NCBI GenBank assembly: GCA_951406725.2
Contig: OX597825.1
Location: 88,164,001-88,228,000, forward strand
Source: Octopus vulgaris
Taxonomy: Eukaryota
DNA length: 64,000 nt
Reading direction: 5' to 3'
The first letter of the stretch is position 1, and each line of letters opens with the position of its first letter. Below, piece after piece: positions 12,139 through 24,097 of the stretch. Position numbers and translations under genes: made by a program. Below the pieces are notes generated by a model, which was given only the letters and a program-made list of their open reading frames with translations, was not told the origin of the DNA and did no database searches.

Positions 12139-13547
12139 ATGACGGGTAACGGAAATCCACGGACTGCCAGCTCAGAGAGCAACACTTGCCTGGCCACAGA
12201 CATCATATTGAAAATCATCTCATCAACACAAAATCAAGATATAAAAAGTGTCTTGTCGAAATATGATATCAAACAGGAAAGTGGAGCAATATACAAAAAT
12301 ATATTCACCAACTGTAAGTTTATGATGTTAAAGAAAGCAGCAGCTTTCTTGAATGATGGTGTCCAAGTTGAGCTCACAAAACCAAACCTCACCAACTGGA
12401 TTATAACAAGGATTGAAAACTTCCTCCCGGAGACTTGCAAAATGTGTGACAAACAGTACTGCATTACATTTGGCCAAAAACCAGCTTTGGCATGCTTCAT
12501 CTGTGGACAAGGAATACACGAAGCGTGCTACTTAAAAAAGATAATTAACCACACCATTCCAGATATTCTAGGCCTACACTGGCTATGCAGTTATTGTTCA
12601 CCAAGGGCCACAATAACGAATGAACCTAGGACCCTACCACAGACAGGCCGTTCTAAACAGACATTGATTGGCGAAACTGACATGGCAAATAAATCCTGCC
12701 ACACACAGGCCATCCAAGTGCCTCTTGTAAATGACAAGAATGAAGACAATGACATGCAAACACCTACAAAACAAGAAACAGGAGATCCTGCAGAAAAAGA
12801 CCAAACTTCCCACGAAAAGAAACAGATCCAGAGCAAACGCTCAAATGAAGAAAGGCCAGTATGTATCCATTACAGGCGCAACAAGTGCAAACATGGTCTT
12901 TCAGGTACAGGGTGCATGTACAGTCACCCCAAACCATGCAGACCATATATCAACTTCGGTACTGATCGAAAAAAAGGATGCCAAAATGGCCAAGAATGTG
13001 AACTCCTTCACCCACAGATGTGCCGCAATTCGCTGAGAAAAAAGAATGTTTTGGTGAGAATTGCAAATTTATGCACCGGAAGGGTACAATTCGCATAAAA
13101 ACTACTGAACCCACACCACCAGGACCAAGCTCAGCAGGGTATGAAAACCATTTCCCAAAAATGCGGAAACCAGGTCATGGCTCAGCAGGGTATGAAAACC
13201 ATTTCCCAAAAATGCGGAACCCAGGTCATGGCTCAACAGTGAATGAAAATCATGCTACTCAATTGCATACATCAGCTGTAACAAACCCAAACTCACAGAA
13301 ATTCGATATAGTAATGAATGAAAGCAGTTTTTTAGGCATAATCTACCAACTACAACAACAGCTGTACTCCATACAGACGACTCAGCAAAACCAGGCAACA
13401 TTGATACAAAGGCTGACACCTGGACTTACAGGGCACATACAACAAATACAGACAGCCCAGCAGACCGAATATCCAGTCAGCACAGTCCCAGCAACTACAA
13501 TAGTCTTGCCAACAATAGGGCAGATGTATCCGGTACAACAAGCATAA
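12139..13547 (+). CDS. LINE ORF1 protein: PHD finger plus three CCCH zinc fingers; one -1 frame change in the A6 run at 13038-13043
   Basis: PHD C4HC3 (CKMC...CFIC...HEAC...WLCSYC). CCCH fingers: CIHYRRNKCKHGLSGTGCMYSH, CRPY...GCQNGQECELLH, and CRNSLRKK/ECFGENCKFMH split between ORFs 12139-13098 and 13020-13547. Confidence 0.85.
13129..13253 (+). repeat. 51-bp in-frame tandem repeat (~2.4 copies; SAGYENHFPKMRKPGHG) in ORF1
   Basis: Units start at 13129, 13180 and 13231. Confidence 0.9.
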
Positions 13548-14395
13548 TAACAGCAAATATCCAGGGTCTTTATCCGAAAACAAAACAGTGTAAAGTCCCT
13601 TTCTTGGAAGAATTAGCAAGAGAAAACAACTCCAAAATAATTGGAATTACTGAAAGTCATCTCAACGAAAACATCCGCAACAGCGAAATCACAATCAATA
13701 GATTCAACATCTTCAGATGTGATAGACAAGGCAGATCCCATGGGGGCGTTATCATGTATATCCATGATACCTATGCATGCATAGAACTTGTCAATGAATC
13801 AAATGCCTACTGCAACCTGCTGTGCATAAAAATCATCCAACTTAATACAGTTGTAACAATAATGTACAGACCGCCAAACAGCCCAACATTATCCTTCACT
13901 GAGCCACTGACGAAGCTCCAACAAATTCTGGGAAACATGGCAAGTCCAATGCCAGACATTATCCTCCTTGGTGACTTCAACTTCCCTAACATCATCTGGC
14001 CACATGGACACATGCTAAAACTGGGGACAAAAGCTGAACAAATACAGGCAGCCAAACTGTTGGAAGTCACAGAGAAATTATACCTCAAACAAATGATGAC
14101 AGAAGCAACAAGAAATAATAATACGATCGACTTGGTTTTCACCAAGAACGAGGACACGCTATTTGACCTTCACTCAACCCCAACGATCCTTTCAGACCAC
14201 AATATTATTGAAATGCATTTACACATTGGTAATGAGCCCAATGCCACAACTCTTAAACAAAAGGACATGCCAAAGCTATGCAGGTATGATTATCACCAGG
14301 CAAATTGGGAAACTATTAACCACTTACAAATCATTGACTGGGATCTACTACTGTTCTCAGTTGTGGTCACCAACAACAAAGGGCCAACTATCTAA
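13322..14395 (+). CDS. LINE ORF2 N-terminus: APE-type endonuclease (stop-to-stop frame, truncated by deletion)
   Basis: Motifs TANIQGL, ITESHL, DR..GGV, YRPP, LGDFN, IDLVF, SDH. First in-frame ATG is at 13754. Confidence 0.9.
   Translation, partial: KQFFRHNLPTTTTAVLHTDDSAKPGNIDTKADTWTYRAHTTNTDSPADRISSQHSPSNYNSLANNRADVSGTTSIITANIQGLYPKTKQCKVPFLEELARENNSKIIGITESHLNENIRNSEITINRFNIFRCDRQGRSHGGVIMYIHDTYACIELVNESNAYCNLLCIKIIQLNTVVTIMYRPPNSPTLSFTEPLTKLQQILGNMASPMPDIILLGDFNFPNIIWPHGHMLKLGTKAEQIQAAKLLEVTEKLYLKQMMTEATRNNNTIDLVFTKNEDTLFDLHSTPTILSDHNIIEMHLHIGNEPNATTLKQKDMPKLCRYDYHQANWETINHLQIIDWDLLLFSVVVTNNKGPTI
13328..13334 (+). promoter_or_regulatory. Candidate -1 ribosomal frameshift slippery heptamer T_TTT_TTA
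   Basis: In ORF1 phase (AGT TTT TTA GGC). The -1 frame opens at 13322 after TGA 13319-13321 and runs without stops into the endonuclease. Confidence 0.6.
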
Positions 14396-14918
14396 GATAG
14401 AATCGCTCCAAAGAAATTTTACCTCATACTTCTCAGAAACGAGGGACCTGGACTATTGGCAAAGACTCAAAGCCTTGAGGATGTACTCAATAGAAAGAAG
14501 ATTTGAGCGATACCGAATTATATACATTTGGAAAATGATAGAGCAGAAGGTGCCAAACTTTGGTATCAAAACCTACCACTCACTGCGCCATCGAAGACGC
14601 TGCCAGCTGCCACCAATCAACAAAAAGGCGGGCCAGGCAGCAAAAACCCTGCGAGAATCAAGTCTGTTGGTTCGAGGAGCACAACTGTTCAACTCCATTC
14701 CGGTACATGTCAGAAATCTATCAGGATGCAGTGTGGAATCATTCAAATTGCAACTGGATAGATACTTAAGCACCATTAGAGATGAACCCCATCTCCCAGG
14801 ATATACACAACGAGCACAAACTGACTCAAACTCGCTCCTACACATGTCAAAATTATGCAGAGAATACAACCTGGCAACCACACCAGACTCTGAGGGTGGA
14901 GTCTTCGACTTGGCCTGA
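14346..14918 (+). pseudogene. LINE ORF2 C-terminal (post-RT) segment
   Basis: YCSQLWSP...IESLQRNFT...YWQRLKALRMYSIERR...FNSIP...FKLQLDRYL, typical of CR1-group ORF2 ends. Confidence 0.85.
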
Positions 14919-15689
14919 GCATGGACTCAAACCCAAATGAAATGAAATGAAATGAAATGTAGATTTCAATCCTCTTGTTTCTTACAGTATGTATATTTGG
15001 GCAGGATTTGGCTACTACTTCTAGCAGCTTGTGCAACAAGTGCATCACTCCATATCAGCCGGTTAAAGCAATCCGCCGTATTTCCTTCGAATGGTTTTTA
15101 AAAACATGCTACTAATAATATTGATATGATTTGCTTTTGTGTTCTACGAGTTTTTCGAACATTTTTTTCTTTTTTTCATTTGATGATGTTTTGATGAAGT
15201 TATCATTTGCATTATTGAACTAGATTTTATCTCATTCGTTTCGTGTATAGAGTGAATTTGTTGATTCGTTGTTCTGATTTCTATAGTGTTATCTGCAACA
15301 CCATCGAATACTGATAGAATTCCGATATTGTGGAGGTTGATACTGAAGTGTATGTTTTGTCGGTAGTCATGCCATATTTCTTATTATTTCTTTCTTAAAA
15401 TGTTTCTTTCACGTTTCGTTTGAGATTATTGTGTTTAGATCTCGGTAGTATATTTTCTCTTGTATTATTCAGTGCCTAAAATGTGCAATAAGCATCTGTC
15501 TGTGTACAGTACAATGACATTCAACAACAGCGACAGCAGTTTAAGTGCGGTGATACACCATTGATACAGATTGGTTGTATTGTTTGTAGTAGATTCGAAG
15601 AGCATCTCTTCAACTCATGCAGAGAATATTTCCTGGGGATCGTGTAACAAAAACATATACACCCTATATTATTTCGAATCTTTAATGTT

Positions 15690-15850
15690 TAGCCGTATTT
15701 CGTCCGTGGTTACCTTCTGCTTTCAAATTTCGCTGAGGTCGAATTTGCTGTTCAACCCCGGGGATCGATAAAATTATTGCGAGTTGATCATTGGGATCGA
15801 TATAATCCACTTACCCAGAGTTCACAAAACTCGCTGGAAATTTGGAGCCA
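15690..15850 (+). mobile_element. SINE family B, degenerate
   Basis: gtatttcgtccg...ttcaaatttcgctgaggtcga...ggggatcgataaa...gggatcgatataatc. Confidence 0.65.
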
Positions 15851-17540
15851 TCGAATCTCACTCTATATTTTCCATGGAGATTTTCTGTAAAAGTTGGAAA
15901 GAAGATAAGGTGCAAGATCATTACACGGTGTATCGTTGGTCGAATTTTCATAAATTTAACAAGACGTCAGTGTGATGATTTTACAGAATCGATCGGTTTA
16001 TAATCAACAAGTACTGCATCGATACATTAGTTCTTTGCAGTTTTGAAATAAATGCTGTGCATTCAACAAACGCATATTGGAAATGGGGTCGAAATATTCT
16101 GAGTTTTGTCCTGCTTAAATAAGTGTTCTGTAAAATATTGGTAATTAATGTTAGAACGACAGAGAAATCACCGCTACATTCATTTACCCAGCTTCCCCAG
16201 CAGCTAAACATGTAAACTTACATGCACATAAACACACCCTCTCACATATTACATATATGTACATGGATTTATAGGTGCTCATTTAGTTAAGGATGATAAA
16301 TTTTATTCAGGAGTTCGATCATACACGAAGTATTTTCTGATGCGGCAAGCCTTCCATAGCCAAAATGATATTTAATTATATTTAATGGAAGAAAGGAATG
16401 TAAATTTCGAAATATGAAAGTATAATATTTTGTCAGAGACACGACATTCTTAGCAAATGTCGACGTCCCATTTGAGCAAATTTGTGACTTAGAATGTATT
16501 ATTTCACTGCGATTAACTCAACCGCTAATGGCTGATGGCCTTTACACCTTATGAAAATAAACTCTTCACATTGCAGCATGGTAATTATACGAACTAATCT
16601 GCAATTTCTATTCTCTGGCAGAAACATTCAGAGTTTGTAATTTTCTATTCATAACTTTCGTTGCAGTAAATCCACATCCACTGAAAATGTTTGCTAAATT
16701 AATTCAATGAAATGGGAGGTTTGGCACACACACTTAATGCACTTATGGAATCATACTCAATGTTAGATTAGAAGATAAACTCGCGTTGAAAGAACATGTT
16801 ATGAAAGAGTGTATGTTATGAAAGACTCCATGTTATGAAATAATGCCTTAATCAAACTAAACATACCGGCAGAATAATATACAACTGAAAGAAAAATACA
16901 AGCTCTTACGGTATATGAGGCGATATAGATTAGAATAATAGGGAAAGTTTTCAGAAAATATGTAACAAACACATTTTAGTTTGTGAGGAAGTATGGTCGC
17001 ATTTTATTTTAACGGAGGGGAAATAAAACAAAAAAAACAGGATACATGGAATATTAACAGCCAATTTCCCTCGTGAGGCAATTCAAAATATTATAGTGCA
17101 CTCGCGCAGTTTACTACTACAACCAGTCAGTTTTGGAGGCACCAGAGTACCAGAAAAAAGCTAGCGAATGTAAACTAAGACAGAACTAAACAAGACATTA
17201 TAGAACTACACAATGACAAAAATTATGCCTAAATAACAGCACGAAATCTGACGGTAATATACAACAGAAGACGATATGTTATATTAGAAAATATATTTCT
17301 ATACATTGTTTGTATGGCTGTATGTAAAGAGTGTGAAATTATTAAAACAGCATTGTTTTTATTTCCTTCATTATGTTTAGGATTGTTATTGAAGGTAATC
17401 GAAGTAATTCTTATTGTTATAAATATGAATATTTATCCACCCTTCAACACCCATTGTACATACAACATATCCATATTCCTTAAGAAATGAAGAAGCTCAT
17501 TCAACACTTATACAAATCTTATTTCTACGAGGATATTTAT

Positions 17541-17585
17541 TATTACTGATGAATCCTATGGGGTGAAACCATTTTGTTTGAAATC
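17541..17585 (+). ncRNA. Degenerate minimal hammerhead-like motif
   Basis: CUGAUGA AUCC UAUG GGGU GAAAC CAUUUU GUU. Core and stem II are good; stems I and III are weak. Confidence 0.35.
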
Positions 17586-18949
17586 CATTCATTGCAAACG
17601 TGTTTAAATTACGTATAATCAGAAATAAGACGTGGTACATCATCATCGTTAAAAATTGCTGAAGTTACTGTCAATATGTCTTAAGTAAATACTGAGAAGT
17701 AGGTATTCTGGAAGCACCTCTGTCCACATCTTGGTAATGTGTATACATCAACTTCATAAAACTACTGCCTAACTTCTCATATGAAAAAGAACAAACATAC
17801 AAATTCATCTTGAAAATTGCTTTATATGTAGAGCCGATATTTAAGATATGACTGAACATAAATATATTTCGAAATTTCGTTTACCTTTCATTGGAAAATC
17901 AATAAAAATATTTGGTGTCTTCTTGGCGATCATCAACATCCTTTTCAACTATAAAATTTTCCGCTTTGTCTCTACTACTACTACTACTAGTAGTAGTAGT
18001 AGTAGTAGTAGTATTGGTAGTAGTAGTAGTAGTATGTGATTATGCCTCCATGTGCATAGGAATAAAAAGAAGACAATAAATTGTCTCAATACAAATTAGC
18101 ATAAAAATGAAAATGTCAACATATGGGAGAAATTGATTTCGAGAAAAAAATTTATTTCGAGGGGGAAATAGTCGACACATTTATTGCCCTCTCTCTCTCC
18201 CTCTCTCTCGCTCCCTATCTATCTATTTATCCCCTCCCTCTCTCTCGGTGTGTGTTAGTGCGTGTGTGTGTATATGTATCTTTGCAGTCTATTACACAAC
18301 CGACCGCATGCATTTGTTTACAATGTTTTAAAAATATATTTCATCCCCAGATACTTTGATGTTTTTTTTCTATATCACTTAGCACATTAGAAAGATACAA
18401 TCACCTTATGCATATCCACAAACATACACGCACATATTTTGTAATCATTCGAGGGAATGACATTTACCCTGTTCATATATCACTCTATTTCATCGCATTT
18501 GCAGAGAAACTTTTGCAGAAGTATACAAAATTTAATATATTTTTAAACAAATATATTTATGATCTCTGAATTTCTGCTTTTTCCAATGTTATCTTTCAGA
18601 TATCCCAGTATAAGTCCTTAATAAAATAAATTTAACGCAGATACTATTAATTACCAGAAAAAAAAGTAATAATTATTTAAAAAAAAAACAACATTCTTCA
18701 AATGTCATAGGGAAATCTTTTATTTATTTTTTCTCTTCAGTTGCTGAAATATGTTTCTTATAGCAGTTACATTATTAACAGAACTACAGGAATCCTACAA
18801 ACTCAAGCGAATTCTACAAATATACATCTCTGCAGTAAGGAAAGCGATGTTCGCCTCCCGTTTACAATTATGAAACATTGTCCCATAGCACCATTTATTG
18901 TATTTTAAGTACTTCATTGTTGAATGTAAGGGCTTTCTTTGTAATATTG

Positions 18950-19250
18950 TTTTACAATTTTGGCACAATGCCAACAACTTTCGGGGAAGAAGTAAGTCGA
19001 TTACATAGACCCATTTCGTCGACCTCGAATGCATGAAACGTGAAGCCGATTTGCGCGGAATTTGAACTCAGGCAAATGCTACTAAGCATTTGTCCAGCGT
19101 GATAGGATCTGAGTTCCAATACCACCGAGTCGTCGTTGATTTTCATCCTTTCGGGGTCAATAAGAAAAGTACTTGTTGAGTACTAAGCTCGATGTAACCG
19201 TCTCACAAGTTCCCTCAAAATCGTTGGCTTTGTGCCAAAATTAGAAACCC
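18950..19250. mobile_element. Two SINE family B copies head-to-head (minus then plus)
   Basis: ttttggcacaa...ggaatttgaactcag (reverse), then ctgagttcc...ttttcatcctttcggggtc...tgtgccaaaa (forward). Confidence 0.7.
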
Positions 19251-19529
19251 AGTCTTCTAAGTCTAACTTTCATGTGCTTATTCGTCTTCAAAAATGAATG
19301 AGATTTTCAAATTTGAAAACACTCTCGGAATGCAGAACATCCATCACCGATGATTGTCATTCTTAAAGTGTGATGTTAATAGAGGTCAACTTAACCATAG
19401 AATCTTATGTGGTTTTAATCTGCTGTACCTCAATTCAAAGATTTCAGCCAAAACCGACACCAACTCGGGGACCAACATCGTGCAAGCGTAGAGTTAGGCT
19501 GGCAACACTGTTCGTTCACACAAGAGAAT

Positions 19530-19534
<5 letters not shown>

Positions 19535-19584
<50 letters not shown>

Positions 19585-19599
19585 GTATGTATATGCATG

Positions 19600-19632
<33 letters not shown>

Positions 19633-19675
19633 GTATGTATAGCATGTATATATATATGTATATGTATGTATATGC

Positions 19676-19721
<46 letters not shown>

Positions 19722-19733
19722 GTATGTATATGC

Positions 19734-19787
<54 letters not shown>
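19535..19787. repeat. Higher-order (TA)n + tgtatatgtatgtatatgcatg repeat
   Basis: Directly visible. Confidence 0.9.
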
Positions 19788-19789
<2 letters not shown>

Positions 19790-20295
19790 CTGAAGTATAT
19801 GGATTCATTGATTCTTGTGGCTATTAGAGAAATCTCCACTAGCGGATTCGGCTAACAGGCCTCACACTTATTCAATGCAGAGGAAATAATTATCCTAAGC
19901 GGAAGGATACGAAACGACTGTAACCCATGGATAATAAGGAAATAAATATATTCACCTCTCCTTCCTTCTGAATTTTTATTTATTTTCAAATATTTTTTTT
20001 ACATGGATGTCTATTGGGAACCTTAGAGAAGAGTGGCATTATGAATACAGGTGTATGCATATATCTATTTCGAAGTAGGTAAGTTAGTATAAAGTTTTCG
20101 CGTCTGTCAGTGTATACATGTTATATTTACTTGAGATTTACCTTTGTTTATTGACCTTTGATAGTATCAACTTGCATGGACGCTGAAATTCACCTGTGTA
20201 TTTGTATAAGTATTAAGTGTATAAATATATGTACATGCCTATGAAAGTATATATGTATATATATATACGTAAGTGACTGAGTTCTTGCGTACATA

Positions 20296-20351
<56 letters not shown>

Positions 20352-21089
20352 ATGTATGTATATATAATTTATATGTATGTATATATGTGTGTTGTGAAAT
20401 ATGTCTATGTGTGTGTGCGTGTAAGCATATATTACGTGTCTTTATGTACACATGTATATATATATACATATATATAAATAGAGAGAGAGAGAGATATTTG
20501 AACGTAAGTATGAATTAGGTATGTGTGTATGTTTGTCTCTGTTTAGACATAGTTATGGCTTTGTTCGTACACTTGTGTATATACTGGATTGTTTCTCTCT
20601 TTATGTGTATATATTTCTGAATATAGTATGGCTTCCATGATATTTAGGGCAGCATAGTATATGTAAACGTTTATAAAGGACATGAAAAGTTATTTGTGTG
20701 TATATACACGAACGTATAAAGTGTAGGTATTTCTATATCGATGTATATGCTGTTATAATGCAAACTATATTTACCATTACTATATAATGTTTAATTTGAA
20801 ACGCCATGTGAGAGACTTAGCATTTGCTTTGAACTTTGAAACTGCCTCACCGAAACATCCATTCGTTTTGTATTATTTTCTCTCGGTCAGTTGACATAAA
20901 TATTTTTCACGTGGAATTTCGATCTTGACGAATTATATACATCCTGCTTGAATGGAGTCAACACACCTATTAAGTGTTATAAATTTATATTGCATTGCAT
21001 TTTAGATACTTAGATAAATTTCGACCAGCATTAGTGCAAGCTATGGCTAATTTAATAGCATCACCCGAAAAAAAGTATTTAAATCTGTT

Positions 21090-24000
21090 TCATATTAGTC
21101 ATTGGTTGGGCACCATATCCAATTCGAGGAATTAGTCACTGTTTACAGAGATATATCCAGACGTAGGTGGTTTTCTGCACTTTGTTGGAGATATTCTTGC
21201 AGGAACTGTTTAATTATTAGGCGATTCGTTTCTTATCTCATGTGTCTTGGTATGTTCAAGAGAGCAGCACCAGTTGAGATGAAATAATTCTGTGTTGCGA
21301 TGTGACATGAGATAGGACTTTTGTAGAGGATGGATAGTACGGGGTCCAAGCCTCACCAGAAGTTTAAAGTTGATGCCAACATCATTTAGGCAGTGATATT
21401 GGAATATAATGCATATGACACAGCGCTCGGGTCGACGTCGGAAGGAATACATTTAGAGTTTCGTGAGACTGTCCAAATAATCAACAGTATTAAAAGTGAG
21501 ACCGGGCGAAGATAAGGTGAATGGTAGGAGTGTCTCTAGAGGATCCAGGACCACACCCTGCGGGTCATGTCGACATTGTTGTTTATATGGACAATCCAGC
21601 TTAAATTGTTATCGACAGTTACTCCGAGATGCCAGGCGGTGTCTGATGCGATACGGTTTTAGCTCAAGGGAAGAGTGCATGGTATATTAAGTGCAGCCTC
21701 TTTACCAAAGCGAATTAAATCGTATTTATGCTCGTTTAGCTGCATATTTGTTTTTCGCCCTTCGGGTAACAGCTAGCGGGTAAGATTGGAGATTAATCAG
21801 GTATCATGACCTTCAGATGCTTTGATCAGCGAACATTCTAATGATGGTGTCTTTGGTGGCGTCGACGATGTCATTGATATAAATATTGAAAAGGTGTGAG
21901 CGCAAAACATTGCCTTGTGGGACTCCCCTGTTGACTCTTGCCGAGCAGTATTGAACTCCATTTATCGCTACAATCTAGGTTCTATTCACCTAAAAACATT
22001 CAATCCAATTTAATAGTTTCTTTCGGACTCCAGTGATCGATAGTTTATTTAAGAGGATGTTATGTTCAACCATGTGGAAATCCTTATTGAAGTCGAATGA
22101 GATGACATCTGGGTTGGGGCCCTGAGCCTTTAGAATATCATCGAAGTGATGCAGGAGTGGTGACTGCGGAAACCATGGAAATAATTAGGTTGCTTCTTGC
22201 CAGGAAATGAGCTACCTGAGATCCCAGCACTTTGAAGTGATTTCACGATATGAGAGGCAAGGGAGATCGTTTGGTAATTCACTGCCATTTATTTGCTGCC
22301 CTTTTAAAAACTGGAACAATCGACTCTGATGAGAAATTTTCAAGAATATGGCTAGCGTACAGTGGCTTCCTCCAAAGAATAGCTAAAGAGAATACCATTT
22401 GTTGACGCCACTCAAGCGGGAAAACTGTTGGAGCTTGCAGCTGAGATATTTCTGATTTTATTAATAGCTGCTGTGATATACGAGGCATCAGGTGATATAT
22501 CGAATAAAGTGTACTGTCACCGATGCTATCAGGATTAACCATGTTGGGATTGCTGAATGTGGAGCAGCAGTATTACTGTGCATAATCTCAACCATGTACA
22601 GTGCCATCTTTATCATCTGAGGTCTGACAGGTGATACAGCGACCTTATGCAAAGAACCCTTTAGGATTGGCTTATATTTTGTGAACAGCCCAACTTTTCT
22701 TCTGCAGTCTTCGAGGAAAAGATATTTGCATCTAGTAAATCTATATCTGTCAAATGACGGCTTTGCTACTGGCAACATATGAGCTGGGTGATTTTTCGAT
22801 AAATCTCTAATATTTTCCTAAGTATTCTTCTCTTATGCGTGTGTATGTGTTAGTGTATGCTCATAGAATGTGTTGGAATGAGATGTGTACATATATACTT
22901 ATGACAATTCCGACAAATACTTGCCAGGACGTATTGATGGTGTTCGGGACGAGGGAAGGAATAAAAGAATGAATGATTGCAACATCGTCGGTGATTGCCT
23001 TCCAGTGAGCTTGTGTAGATCCAGGAGGTGAAAAGGGTGTCCTGGGGCGAGATCATACAGGGTCGCTTTTTGTTGCGGGTATCTCAAACTACAGATAATC
23101 ACATCGTAGTCGGATAGGAGAGTTTTTTTCTTCTACTTTAATATTATGGATAGTGTTAGTGTGGTTATTAAATATCAAGTCGAATGTGTTGGTGTTGAAT
23201 CTCGTTGGCACGAGTGCAAGTTGGGACAGGAAAAAACTCGTTCACGAATTCGAAAAGGGATTCCACTGCTGGGTTTGAAATGCACGCGCTTGTCTTGAAG
23301 GTGTGAGACTTTCAGTCATCACGAGAGATTGAAGTCAGCTATTATTAAAACATTATCAGATTCGCAGTGTCCAATGAAAAACTTAATATTCATGAGGCAT
23401 TCTTTGAAACAGTAGTGGAGCTTGGGTTGCCTTGTAGAGCCCAATTATCGCTAGATCATTAGTCTTGTTGCACACACACACACACACACACACACGCACA
23501 TGCACCCGCACATACACTGATTCACAGTAACCATTCGAAAATGAGACATCTGTATATGCGCTAAATGAGTCGTGTAGGAAAATAACAACTCCGCCACCTT
23601 TTCTATCGATGTAGTCTGTGCGAATGGTGGTATAATTCCTCACGTTTACATCAGATTCTAAGTGAGAATGATAAAGATGAGTCTCAGTCAAAACGAAGAA
23701 AGGAATATGATAATGGTGGTCGGAAACCCAGTCTTCAGGGAACTGAATTTTCCATCTTTTTGAATTGAAAGTTGGACTGATGTCTTGCACATTTAGCAAA
23801 ATTGTTAAAACTGGTGTAGTGTTCGAATGAGACTTATGACTTATTAGGAGCGCGGAAGATAGCTTCTGCCCTAGAATAGTCAGACCGCTTGGTGTTGTGT
23901 AACGGCCCATATACTTTTCTGAATATCTCTTAAAAAGTTCTGCATAGATACAAGAGATGAATGTACCTGGTTAGGGACGAATTTGGTGGTTTTGATTGTG

Positions 24001-24090
24001 CTTTGTCTGACAGTTTTGTCATTTGTTTCATTTGCTGGTGTGCTTACTGAATGTTATTCAGTTTTCCGAGTTGGCCGAGGAATTCCTTCT
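21090..24090 (-). mobile_element. Old, decayed CR1-group LINE (EN + RT + C-terminus)
   Basis: ORF 23383-23910 has LTETHL, RKGGGVVIF, SNGYCE (APE). RT motifs read manually: FDFNK (~22090), GVPQG (~21925) and a DDTK-like motif (~21860). The C-terminus resembles that of the 12-15 kb copy. Confidence 0.8.
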
Positions 24091-24097
24091 GAGCCTG

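Larger units (their letters stand above)
12036..14959 (+). mobile_element. CR1-group non-LTR retrotransposon, internally deleted (no RT); 5' end approximate
   Basis: PHD/CCCH ORF1, APE endonuclease, CR1-type C-terminus and (AAATG)5 tail at 14935-14959. Confidence 0.9.

Noticed and set aside
13129-13253. CRISPR-like array (also short repeats at 16796, 28063, 55351)
   Set aside because: Contiguous tandem duplications without spacers, in eukaryotic DNA
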